Shown here: piece by piece, positions 27,568 to 36,697 of the stretch
Numbering within the stretch: position 1 is the stretch's first letter
How the letters are laid out: every line of letters starts with the position of its first letter
DNA from: Acidobacteriota bacterium
GTDB lineage: Bacteria; Acidobacteriota; UBA890; WLXD01
Length of the DNA: 64,000 nt
Reading direction: 5' to 3'
NCBI GenBank assembly: GCA_965248695.1
Contig: CBDFKD010000002.1
Coordinates: 3,456,001-3,520,000 of the forward strand
The notes under the pieces: generated by a model
Databases searched by the model: none
What the model was told of the DNA's origin: nothing
Seen by the model: the letters and a program-made list of their open reading frames with translations, nothing else
Program-made: the position numbers and the translations under genes

Positions 27568-27625
27568 GGCTCCTGTGCAACGTCGGCGCTATCTGCGCTC
27601 CGGGCGGCCGGCTATCAGAGAGACT

Positions 27626-29395
27626 TCAGCGCAGCGGCCAGAACATCGGGACGAGAAGCACCAGTACGCCCAACGCAATGAGGCTCAGCGGCACGCCGGC
27701 GACGATGAAGTCGCGAAACCGGTATCTGCCCGGCGAGTAGACCAGCAGACATGCGGGCTCGAACGGCGCGATGAATGACAGCGATGCAGCGAGCGTCACC
27801 AAGATCGCCAGGGCGCGCGCGTCGACGCCGATGCGATCGGCGACCGAGAGCGCTATCGGCAGAACCACCAGGGCCGCGGCCGCGTTCGACAGTGGTTGGG
27901 TGAGCACCATGGTCAACACGACGAAGGCGGCCATCACCGCATAGGTCCCGAACGGAAGCACGGCGTCGGCCAGCAGCCGCGCCAACCAGTCGGCGGCACC
28001 GGTTTTCTGCAGCGCCACGCCGAAGGAAGTCATGCCGCCGATGAGCACGATGACTCGCCAGTCGATCATCGAGTACATCTCGTCCACCGCCACGCACCGC
28101 GACAACACGACCAGCACCACGGCGAGCAGAAACGCGATCGATAGCGGCATGATGCCGGTGCTTCCGGCCAGCACTGCTCCCAGCAGCGCCCCCAAGACGA
28201 TGATGCCCTTGCGTTGCGCCGACGGCTCATGCGCAACCTCACCGATCAGCCGCAGGTCGCCCGTCGCCTCGAGCAATCCAAGCTGCCCTTGGCCGCCACG
28301 CACGAGCATGATGTCGCCGACGGCGAGGCGCAAATCGCGCAACCCGATGGCGTACGGAACGCCCCGGCGGTGGATCGCCAGAACCGAGGCGCCGTAGCGA
28401 TTGCGCAGCCCGATGTCACGCAGGGTACGGCCGAGGAACAAGGAGCCCGGCATGACGATTGCTTCCACCAAGGACACGGCATCGCCTTCCAGGTCCTCGT
28501 CGACCAGCGGCGTCGGGCGCTGAAAATCGAGCCCAGGCATGGCCTCCAGATCCAGCAGCGCTTGCCGGTCTGCCTCGATCACGAGGACGTCATGGTCACG
28601 CAACGACCCGGCGCGTCGCGGCAAGAGACGCTTCCCGTCTCGCACCACCGCTAGCACGTAGACGCCACGATCGGCGAGATCCAGTGCGATCAGATCGTTG
28701 CCGACGAGCTCGCATTCCGCACCCAGCACCACCTCCGACAGGTAGCGTCCGAGGTCGTACTCCTCGCTCAATGACGGCTTCGCGGTCTTCGGCAGCAGGC
28801 GATAACCGAAGAGCGTCGTGTAGACGATTCCGGCAACGCTCATCACCGCTCCCACCGGCAGCAGCTCGAACAGGCCGAGTGGCTCGAGGCCGGCACGCTC
28901 CATGAACCCGCTGGCGGCAAGGTTCGCGGAGGTGCCGATGAGCGTGCAGGCGCCACCGAGCATCGACGCATATGCCAGCGGAATGAGGAAACGGCTGGGG
29001 CTGAGCTGGCTGCGACGCGAGAACTCGATGACCGCCGGGGTCAGCACCGCGGTCGAGTTGGTGTTGCTGAGAAAGCTGGACATGACGGCGGAAAGCGTCA
29101 TCACCGTGGCTACCACTCGACGCTCGCTGTTCCCCGCTAGCTGATGCAACCAGCGGCCGACCTCCTCCATCACGCCGGTTCGAACCAGGGTTCCGGACAG
29201 GATGAAGATGGCGCACAGCACGATGATCACATCGCTGGCAAAGCCGGCAAACGCCTCGGCGGGAGTGAGGATGTCCAGCAGCACCATCACCAGGACGAGG
29301 CTGATGGCGACCACATCGATCGGCAGCCACTCGAGCGAGAAGATCACCATCGCCGTCGCCAGCAGGGCGAGGAGAATGCCGATCTCGAAGGTCAC
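27626..29395 (-). CDS. SLC13/CitMHS-like permease with two TrkA-C domains
   Basis: SSFLSNT, LGGACTLIGTSANL, central TrkA-C repeats, LTQPLSNAAAA, PGRYRFRDF. Confidence 0.9.
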   Translation of the reverse strand: MTFEIGILLALLATAMVIFSLEWLPIDVVAISLVLVMVLLDILTPAEAFAGFASDVIIVLCAIFILSGTLVRTGVMEEVGRWLHQLAGNSERRVVATVMTLSAVMSSFLSNTNSTAVLTPAVIEFSRRSQLSPSRFLIPLAYASMLGGACTLIGTSANLAASGFMERAGLEPLGLFELLPVGAVMSVAGIVYTTLFGYRLLPKTAKPSLSEEYDLGRYLSEVVLGAECELVGNDLIALDLADRGVYVLAVVRDGKRLLPRRAGSLRDHDVLVIEADRQALLDLEAMPGLDFQRPTPLVDEDLEGDAVSLVEAIVMPGSLFLGRTLRDIGLRNRYGASVLAIHRRGVPYAIGLRDLRLAVGDIMLVRGGQGQLGLLEATGDLRLIGEVAHEPSAQRKGIIVLGALLGAVLAGSTGIMPLSIAFLLAVVLVVLSRCVAVDEMYSMIDWRVIVLIGGMTSFGVALQKTGAADWLARLLADAVLPFGTYAVMAAFVVLTMVLTQPLSNAAAALVVLPIALSVADRIGVDARALAILVTLAASLSFIAPFEPACLLVYSPGRYRFRDFIVAGVPLSLIALGVLVLLVPMFWPLR

Positions 29396-29407
29396 GGCGA
29401 TCGGCGC

Positions 29408-30196
29408 CTATTCGATCAGGCGCGCGCGGCGGACATAGTCGAGCAACGGGTACTCACTGTCCAGGTAGCGATTGCCTTGCGACCGGATGCGTCCCTGATC
29501 TGGCCCGGCACCTTGCGGAGGCCCATCGCCGTATCCGTTGTACAGGCTGTCCAGCACGCCGAGTCCTTCGACGATCTCGCCAAACGGAGGGAAGTTCTGC
29601 CGGTCGAGGAAGGAGTTGTTGCCGAGACTCAGGAAGAACTGAGTGGCTCGCGTATTGGGGCCACCGTGGGCGAAGGTGATCCGACCACGGGAGTTGGTCT
29701 GACCGACGGTCGGGTCGTCCTGCAACTCGGCCGCGTCCCACACCGCGTGGACGTCGGAATCACCGTTCATCCCGAACTGGGCCACAAACCCGTCGACGAC
29801 TCGGAAAAAGCGCACGTCGGTGAAGAACCCGACGCGCACCAGGTTGTAGAAGCGATCCGCCCCCAGTGGCGCCCAATCACGATACACCTGCAGCACGATG
29901 TTGCCCTTGGAGGTATCGAGCTCGACGCGATACTGCGCCGGAGCGGTCTGATTAGCGTCCGGGTGCGCCGGGTTCGACAACGGCGGAAGCTCCGGTGGCG
30001 CCGGAACGGATTCCGGATCGGATTCCGGCTCGGAAGCCGTCGGTTCCGGCGGCGCGGCGGTCGGCTCCGACACCGGCGCCTCGGTGGGCGGCGGATCGGC
30101 GCTGCCGGCAGCGTCCTCGGCGGCGGGCTCGGTCCCGCCACAGGCGACCAGGATCGCCAACAGCGACAACATCGACAGCGAGCGGAGCCAGCGCAT
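29408..30196 (-). CDS. Cyclophilin-type peptidyl-prolyl isomerase, lipoprotein
   Basis: Lipobox LVA-C, Pro/Glu linker, WAPLGADRFYNLV, FFRVVDGFVAQFG, TRATQFF. Confidence 0.92.
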   Translation of the reverse strand: MRWLRSLSMLSLLAILVACGGTEPAAEDAAGSADPPPTEAPVSEPTAAPPEPTASEPESDPESVPAPPELPPLSNPAHPDANQTAPAQYRVELDTSKGNIVLQVYRDWAPLGADRFYNLVRVGFFTDVRFFRVVDGFVAQFGMNGDSDVHAVWDAAELQDDPTVGQTNSRGRITFAHGGPNTRATQFFLSLGNNSFLDRQNFPPFGEIVEGLGVLDSLYNGYGDGPPQGAGPDQGRIRSQGNRYLDSEYPLLDYVRRARLIE

Positions 30197-30328
30197 GCGT
30201 TCACCTCGAAGTCTGGGTGCGAACAGTACGAGCGCGAATAGTCTACCGGCCGCGGCGCGCTTTGCATTTACATTCGATAATGGATACATTCGAAAGTGAA
30301 GATTGTTACCTCTGAACCTCGGTAGCTC

Positions 30329-30688
30329 ATGCCACGAAAGACCGTTGATCCACTGAGTCACCTACCGCTCCGGCCCGTCGTGTTCGGTATCCTCGTGGTG
30401 CTTCGCGAAGCGCCGCTGCACGGCTACGGCATCATGCAGCGGGCCAACGAGCACATCGGACAGCAGGCGATCCTGGGGCCCGGAACGCTCTACCGAACGC
30501 TCAAGGAGCTGCGCGCTCAGGGGCTGATCGAACACACCGCCGCAGTCGACGGCGAAGATGCGCGGCGCCAATACTACTGCCTCACCGCCACCGGCCACCG
30601 GGTAGCTACCGCCGAGGCACGCCGTCTGGCGGAGCTCGTTCGACGCGCCGACGTGAGCCTGCTGGTCTCGGCGCCGGAAACACCGTGA
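30329..30688 (+). CDS. PadR family transcriptional regulator
   Basis: LPLRPVVFGIL...HGYGIM...GPGTLYRTL...RRQYYCLTATG. Confidence 0.9.
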   Translation: MPRKTVDPLSHLPLRPVVFGILVVLREAPLHGYGIMQRANEHIGQQAILGPGTLYRTLKELRAQGLIEHTAAVDGEDARRQYYCLTATGHRVATAEARRLAELVRRADVSLLVSAPETP

Positions 30689-33390
30689 ACCGCAAGACGA
30701 CTTTGGCCGAGCGCGTCTACACCGCGTTGCTTCGCCTCATCCCGGCCGAGCTCCGGCGCGAAGCAGCGACCGAGATGCTCGCCGTTTTCCGAGATGGTCA
30801 TCGAGCCGCCCGACGCTCCGGTCGTCCGCTGCCGCTGTCGCGCTTCTGGATATCAACGCTACGTGACCTGTGGCGTACCGCCCGCGATCCGCACAGCCTG
30901 GCGATGTTGCGCCCACGATCGCGACCCGACTCTCCCTCCCCGGACCGTGCCAAGATGCTCGAGCTACTGCTGAAAGACCTGCGTTACGCCGTTCGTTCGC
31001 TGAGCCGATCACCGGCCTTCTCGATCGTCATCGTGTTCACGCTGGCGCTTGGCATGGGCGCCAACACCGCCATCTTCAGCGTCGTCGACGGTGTCCTGTT
31101 GCGCCCGCTGCCATTCCCCGAGCCCGACGAGCTCGTCGCCGTGTGGGCCGACTACACGCGCATCAACGGGCGCCAGCGCGAATGGCTGTCGTTCCCCGAC
31201 TTTCACGACCTCCGTGAGCTTTCGGAAGTGTTCGAGGAAGTCGGGACCTGGGGGTTCTGGGGGCCGACGCTCACCGGACACGGAGACGAGCCCGAGCAGA
31301 TCCTCGGGGTGCAGATGAGCCAGGGCCTGCTCTCCGGTGTCCTCGGCGTCTCGCCCACGATCGGCAGGGGGGTGCTGCCGGAGGAGGACAGGCCCGGCGC
31401 AGAGCGGGTCGCGGTCATCGCCCACTCGCTCTGGGAGCGCGTCTACGAGTCATCGGATAACGCCGTCGGCAGCACCATCCAGCTCGACGGTGAGCCGTAC
31501 TCGATCGTCGGGATCATGCCGGCGGCGCTGGAGCTGCCGTTCGCCCCCGGCGCCGAAGTCTGGGCGCCGCAACGCATGGACATGTCGGAGCATTTCGGAG
31601 GCCGCGGCGAGGCGGTGTTCCTCGCCGTTGGCCGGCTCCGCGACGGGGTCGACGTGACCACCGCACAGGCCGCCGCAAGTGCCCTCGGGGCGCGCTTGGA
31701 GGCGGCGTTCCCGGAGAGCAACACCAACGTGGGTTTTCTGATCTATCCGCTGCAGGCCGACCTGGTGAGCACCGCCTCGACCGCACTCTGGGTATTGCTG
31801 GCCGCAGTGGGATTCGTGCTGTTGATGGCGTGTGTGAACGTTGCCAACTTGTTGCTCGCGCAAGCGACGGCGCGCACCGCCGAGATCGGACTGCGGACGG
31901 CGCTCGGAGCGAGCCGGCGCCGCATCGTGCGCCAGCTACTGGGCGAGAGCGTCCTGCTAGCCGGGCTCGGAGGGCTGCTCGGAGCCACGCTGGGAATGTT
32001 CGGCACTCGGCTGCTGGTGGCGATGGCGCCGCCCGGAACGCCGCGGATCGAGGAAGTCAGCATGGACGCCCGAGTGCTCGCGTTCACCGCGGTAGCCAGC
32101 CTGGGCGCAGCGCTCCTGTTCGGATTGCTTCCGGCATTGCGGGCATCGCGAACAGACGTTCAGGCGGCGCTCAAGGAGGGTGGCCGCGGCGGCGACGGCG
32201 GCGTCCACGGGCGGCGGCTGCGATCCGCCCTGGTCGTCGTGCAAGTGGCTCTAGCGCTGGTGATGCTGATCGGCGCCGGTCTGCTACTGCGAACATTTCA
32301 GCAGCTCAACGCGGTAGATCTCGGCTTTGATCCCGAACGGCTTCTCACTGTCAGCCTCAACCTGCCGGGCTCGCGATACGCCGACGCCGCCGAGCGCAGG
32401 ATCTTCTACGAGCAGCTCGAAGGTCGCGTGCGCGCGCTTCCGGGCGTCGAGAGCGCCGGGGCGATCAACTCCCTGCCGTTGGGCGGCAACGACGGCGACG
32501 CGGATTTCAACGTCGAGGGAGTAGCAGCCGCCGAGCCGGGCGAGTCACGAGTCGCGTGGATCCGCCGTGTAACACCCGGCTACCTGGATACGATGGGACA
32601 GCGTCTCGTCGCCGGTCGGTTCTTCACTGACTCGGACGATGCGCAGGCTTCGCGCGTCGTCATCGTCAACGAGACGCTCGCCGAGCGCTATTTTGCCGAT
32701 AGCGACCCGGTGGGCAAGCGCATCTATTTCGGCAGCAGCGACAACCCCAACTACCGCACCATCGTCGGGGTGGCCGGCGACACGAAGCACTTCGGAATAG
32801 CGCAGCAGGCGCGCAACGCCATCTACTTCCCGTTCGCGCAGGTGCCAACCGGCTTCATGACGCTGGTCATCCGCACCTCCGGTGACCCGACGGCCATGAC
32901 GCCAGCCGTCAGGCGCGAGATTACCGCCGTCGACAGCCTGCTGGCCGCCTCGAGCGTCGGCACCATGAAGGCCGTGGTCGGCGGCTCGCTGGCCGCCGAG
33001 CGCTTCGTGGCAACGCTGATGTCGACCTTCGCGCTCGTCGCGCTCACCCTGGCGCTGGTCGGACTTTATGGAGTGGTTTCGTACGGGGTCAGCCTGCGCC
33101 AGCGCGAGATGGGTGTGCGACTGGCGCTCGGAGCCGGTGGCCGCGACATCGGCCGCATGGTCGTCGGCGGTAGCCTGTCCATGATCGTCGTCGGCGTCGG
33201 CGTCGGGCTGGTCGGCGCGCTGGCTGTCACGCGCCTGCTCGAAGGCCTGCTGTTCGGTGTCCGACCGACCGACCCGGTCACCTTCAGCCTGGTCGTGTTG
33301 GCACTCTTCGTCGCCGGCGGCGGCGCGGCGATCGTTCCGGCACGGCGAGCGGCGCGAGTCGATCCGGTATCGGTGCTCAATCGAGAGTAA
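30685..33390 (+). CDS. ADOP-type ABC transporter permease
   Basis: DLRYAVRSL, LALGMGANTAIFSVV, LMACVNVANLLL, PARRAARVDP; GTGA overlap with PadR. Confidence 0.93.
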   Translation: MNRKTTLAERVYTALLRLIPAELRREAATEMLAVFRDGHRAARRSGRPLPLSRFWISTLRDLWRTARDPHSLAMLRPRSRPDSPSPDRAKMLELLLKDLRYAVRSLSRSPAFSIVIVFTLALGMGANTAIFSVVDGVLLRPLPFPEPDELVAVWADYTRINGRQREWLSFPDFHDLRELSEVFEEVGTWGFWGPTLTGHGDEPEQILGVQMSQGLLSGVLGVSPTIGRGVLPEEDRPGAERVAVIAHSLWERVYESSDNAVGSTIQLDGEPYSIVGIMPAALELPFAPGAEVWAPQRMDMSEHFGGRGEAVFLAVGRLRDGVDVTTAQAAASALGARLEAAFPESNTNVGFLIYPLQADLVSTASTALWVLLAAVGFVLLMACVNVANLLLAQATARTAEIGLRTALGASRRRIVRQLLGESVLLAGLGGLLGATLGMFGTRLLVAMAPPGTPRIEEVSMDARVLAFTAVASLGAALLFGLLPALRASRTDVQAALKEGGRGGDGGVHGRRLRSALVVVQVALALVMLIGAGLLLRTFQQLNAVDLGFDPERLLTVSLNLPGSRYADAAERRIFYEQLEGRVRALPGVESAGAINSLPLGGNDGDADFNVEGVAAAEPGESRVAWIRRVTPGYLDTMGQRLVAGRFFTDSDDAQASRVVIVNETLAERYFADSDPVGKRIYFGSSDNPNYRTIVGVAGDTKHFGIAQQARNAIYFPFAQVPTGFMTLVIRTSGDPTAMTPAVRREITAVDSLLAASSVGTMKAVVGGSLAAERFVATLMSTFALVALTLALVGLYGVVSYGVSLRQREMGVRLALGAGGRDIGRMVVGGSLSMIVVGVGVGLVGALAVTRLLEGLLFGVRPTDPVTFSLVVLALFVAGGGAAIVPARRAARVDPVSVLNRE

Positions 33391-33481
33391 GCCTGACCGA
33401 TCGAGAGTAGTCTGTGCCGATTCGGAAGGACTCCCGTGGTCGCCGTCGTCCTGTGCACGCCGCTGGTCGCCGCGCCGCGAC

Positions 33482-34981
33482 TCAGCTGCTGACCGTCTTC
33501 AGCATGCGATACCAGAACTCGACCGCATCGTGGAACTCGTCCACACCGACGCGCTCGTCGAGACCGTGGGCGCGAACGTCACCCGGAGCGCTGAAGATCG
33601 CGCCCAACGCATAAACCGGAATGCCCGCATTGCGGACGAAGAGCCCGTCGGTGGCGCCGGTTCCCATGTTCGGGATCACCGGTGTTCCGGGCCACATCTC
33701 CTGCACGATGGCCTCGATCGGCGCCATCAGGTCCACGTCCCAAGGGGACGGTTCGCTCGGCGTCGCAACGCCGGTCGGACGAATCGATACACCCTCGTCA
33801 TCGATCACCTGGCGCAGCGCCGCTTCGGTCTCCTCGGGCGTTTGCCCCGGCAGGATGCGGCAGTTGACCGTCGCCTTGGCGTTGCGTGGCAGCGCGTTCT
33901 CGGCGTGCCCGCCGCTCAGCATGGTGGCTACACAAGTCGTACGCAGCGTGGCATTGAAGAAGGGTCCCGACGAGGCCAACCTACGCGCCGCGTCGTCGTC
34001 CGGCGAGTCGCCGGCAACGGCAAGCATCAACGCTCCTGTGTCTCCGTGCTGAAACTCCGCCGAACGCTCCAGGAACAGCCGCGTGCCGTCGTTGAGCTCC
34101 GTCGGAAAGGCGTGGCTCTCGATCCGACCGAGGGCGGCAACCAGCTGGTAGATGGCATTGTCGGGACGCGGCAGCGAGCTGTGCCCGCCCGGGTTGGCAG
34201 CCTCCAACTCGTAGCTTTGGTAGAGCTTCTCGCTCGTCTGCACCATGAACATCTGCGGCTCACCGTTGGGGTCGTAGACGCCGCCTCCGGAATCCGTGTT
34301 CAACGCCAGCTCGGCATCGACCAGATCTCGGCGCTCGTTTACCAGGTAGTTAATGCCACCGCCGCTGGTCTCCTCATCGCCAGTGAGCACCATGATCAGG
34401 TCACGGTCGGGCTCGTAGCCCTCGGCGCGAAGCCGGATGAAGTTGGTCACCAGCGTCGTCGCGCCGGCCTTGTTGTCGCTCGTGCCGCGACCGTAGTAGT
34501 AACCGTCGTCCTCGAGGAACTCGTACGGATGCAGTTGCCAGGCATCCGGCTCCGCATCGACTACGTCGACGTGGGCCATCAACATCACCGGCTGACGCGC
34601 GCCGGTGCCCCGGTAACGCACGACGAGGTTGAGGATATCACCGGGGCTCTCCACAAGGGTCATGTCGCCGGCATCAAACCCGGCAGCCGCGAGTCGCCCC
34701 ACTACCGCCGCGAGCAGGGCCGCGGTCTCGTCGGTGGCCGCCGAGGCCGAACGGAACTCGACCATCTCGCGGAGTATGTCGGCCGCCAGCTGCCGATATC
34801 GACCGGGCTGGCCGACAGAGCTCAGCGGAACGGTGGAACCCGGAACAGTGGCTTCCAATCCCGGAGCGCCAGATTCCGGGCCGCCCGCCCGGGCAATGGC
34901 CACACCGGGGCGCGGAACAACGCCGGTGCTCGACAGAATCACGGCTACGAACACTGCGACAAGGTGCTCACGACGACTCAT
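33482..34981 (-). CDS. M20/M25/M40 family metallopeptidase, exported
   Basis: LMAHVDVV, YGRGTSDNK, GDEET, GGHSS, AHGLDER. Confidence 0.92.
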   Translation of the reverse strand: MSRREHLVAVFVAVILSSTGVVPRPGVAIARAGGPESGAPGLEATVPGSTVPLSSVGQPGRYRQLAADILREMVEFRSASAATDETAALLAAVVGRLAAAGFDAGDMTLVESPGDILNLVVRYRGTGARQPVMLMAHVDVVDAEPDAWQLHPYEFLEDDGYYYGRGTSDNKAGATTLVTNFIRLRAEGYEPDRDLIMVLTGDEETSGGGINYLVNERRDLVDAELALNTDSGGGVYDPNGEPQMFMVQTSEKLYQSYELEAANPGGHSSLPRPDNAIYQLVAALGRIESHAFPTELNDGTRLFLERSAEFQHGDTGALMLAVAGDSPDDDAARRLASSGPFFNATLRTTCVATMLSGGHAENALPRNAKATVNCRILPGQTPEETEAALRQVIDDEGVSIRPTGVATPSEPSPWDVDLMAPIEAIVQEMWPGTPVIPNMGTGATDGLFVRNAGIPVYALGAIFSAPGDVRAHGLDERVGVDEFHDAVEFWYRMLKTVSS

Positions 34982-35063
34982 GGTAGTGATCTCCTGGATC
35001 GTGCGGGGGTGACACTTTCTGCCTCCGAGCTGATTCGTAGCCGGTGGGGTCGTGAGACATCGG

Positions 35064-36512
35064 TCATCGCGGGCGCAGCGGGTCAGCGATCACGCTGGCA
35101 CTGATCTGACGCAGCTGCGCCGCCAGTCTGGCAACGACCTCCGGACGTTCGGTAGCCCGATCGAATAGCTCGAAGCGGTCGGTACCGAGGTCGTACAACC
35201 GGGGGCTCCCGAACGCCTGGTCAATGAGCAGCTTCCAATCGCCGTCGCGCAACGCAAAGTGGAACCCCTGCTCGTCATCGAACTCCCAGTACAGGGGCCG
35301 GGACCGCTCCCAGGTCTCGCCGCCGAGCAGCGCAGACATGTCCTCGCCGTCGATGGGACGATCTGCCGGAACATCGAATCCGACCAGTGCCGCCAGCGTC
35401 GGCAAGAGATCGTAGCCGCTCACGGCCGCATCGCTGACCCCGCCCGGAGTCACCGTTCCCGGCCAACGAACGATGGCCGGCACACGAATGCCGCCCTCGA
35501 ACAGCTCGTGCTTGCGGCCGCGCAGCCCGGCGGTGTCGCCATAGAGGTTGACCTCCCACCAGCGGCGCCAATCCGTTGTTACGGGTCCGTTGTCGGAGGC
35601 AAAGAACACCAACGTATCGTCGCGCAGACCGAGCTCATCCACACGCTTCAGCAGACGCCCGATCTGGTGGTCCATGTACGTGATGTTGGCGTAGTACTCG
35701 CCTGGTCCGCGCGCCGCCAGATTGTCGGGCGGCGCCGGCAGACCGTTCTCCAACGGGTCCGGGTGGCCGTCGGTGTACGCGTCATACAGCGCGTTGAACT
35801 CGGGAGGGTTGGCGATCGTCGCATGCGGCTCGATCATCGGCACGTATAAGAAAAATGGCCGCTGCGGATCGCGTTGGTGCAGCCACTCGATGGCCTCGTC
35901 AACCACTATGTCGGCTGTGAACCCCTGTACCTCGCCGAGCGCCACACCGTTGCGGTAGAAGTTGCGCGGATTGCGGTTGTGGGGCACCGGAAAGGCGTGC
36001 AATGCGAGCCAGTGGTCGAATCCGTGATCGTCCGGCTGCGTATGCTCGACGACCTCCATACCACCGTTCAGATGCCACTTGCCGGCCATCGCCGTCTGGT
36101 AACCGGCGCCACGCATGAGGGTCGCGATAGTCACCTCCCGAGCCCCGAGCTGGACGTCGGTGCCGGGCGGAATCCAGCTCTGGATCCCGGTGCGGAACGG
36201 GGTCCTGCCGGTTAGCAGACCGGCGCGCGACGGCGAGCAGAGCGCCGAGGGGGCGTAGTAGGAGGTGAAGCGCATTCCCTCGCTCGCTAGGCGGTCAAGA
36301 CTCAGCGTCTGCACGGTGTGGTGCCCATACACACCCAGATCGCCGTAGCCGAGATCGTCGGCGTAAATGACCAGGACGTTCGGGCGCTCGTCGACAGCCG
36401 GCGTCGCCACGATCCCGACGAGCGTGGGGGCAGTGACGAGCACGAGGGCGGCTAGACGAGTCAACAGAATCCTCCCTGGGGGTCGGCGCCACGTCGTGCG
36501 AGACGCCACCAC
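35064..36512 (-). CDS. Arylsulfatase-like sulfatase (Cys-type)
   Basis: PNVLVIYADDLGYGD, CSPSRAGLLTGR, GKWHL, SDNG, EGGIRVP; exact start uncertain. Confidence 0.93.
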   Translation of the reverse strand: MVASRTTWRRPPGRILLTRLAALVLVTAPTLVGIVATPAVDERPNVLVIYADDLGYGDLGVYGHHTVQTLSLDRLASEGMRFTSYYAPSALCSPSRAGLLTGRTPFRTGIQSWIPPGTDVQLGAREVTIATLMRGAGYQTAMAGKWHLNGGMEVVEHTQPDDHGFDHWLALHAFPVPHNRNPRNFYRNGVALGEVQGFTADIVVDEAIEWLHQRDPQRPFFLYVPMIEPHATIANPPEFNALYDAYTDGHPDPLENGLPAPPDNLAARGPGEYYANITYMDHQIGRLLKRVDELGLRDDTLVFFASDNGPVTTDWRRWWEVNLYGDTAGLRGRKHELFEGGIRVPAIVRWPGTVTPGGVSDAAVSGYDLLPTLAALVGFDVPADRPIDGEDMSALLGGETWERSRPLYWEFDDEQGFHFALRDGDWKLLIDQAFGSPRLYDLGTDRFELFDRATERPEVVARLAAQLRQISASVIADPLRPR

Positions 36513-36697
36513 GGCGGCCCGATGCAGGCCCCGGATCGGCTGCGCGGACCGATTCTAACCGCTGCGTCCTTCCCACCGATGGCTACGCCCACCGTGCACT
36601 TCTCGTCGAGGGCCGAACGTTTCGGGTTGCCTGGCGGGTCCGCCGCTGCGTAGCTTCGATCATAGTTATCGATCACTCCACCATCCCGATATGTCCT

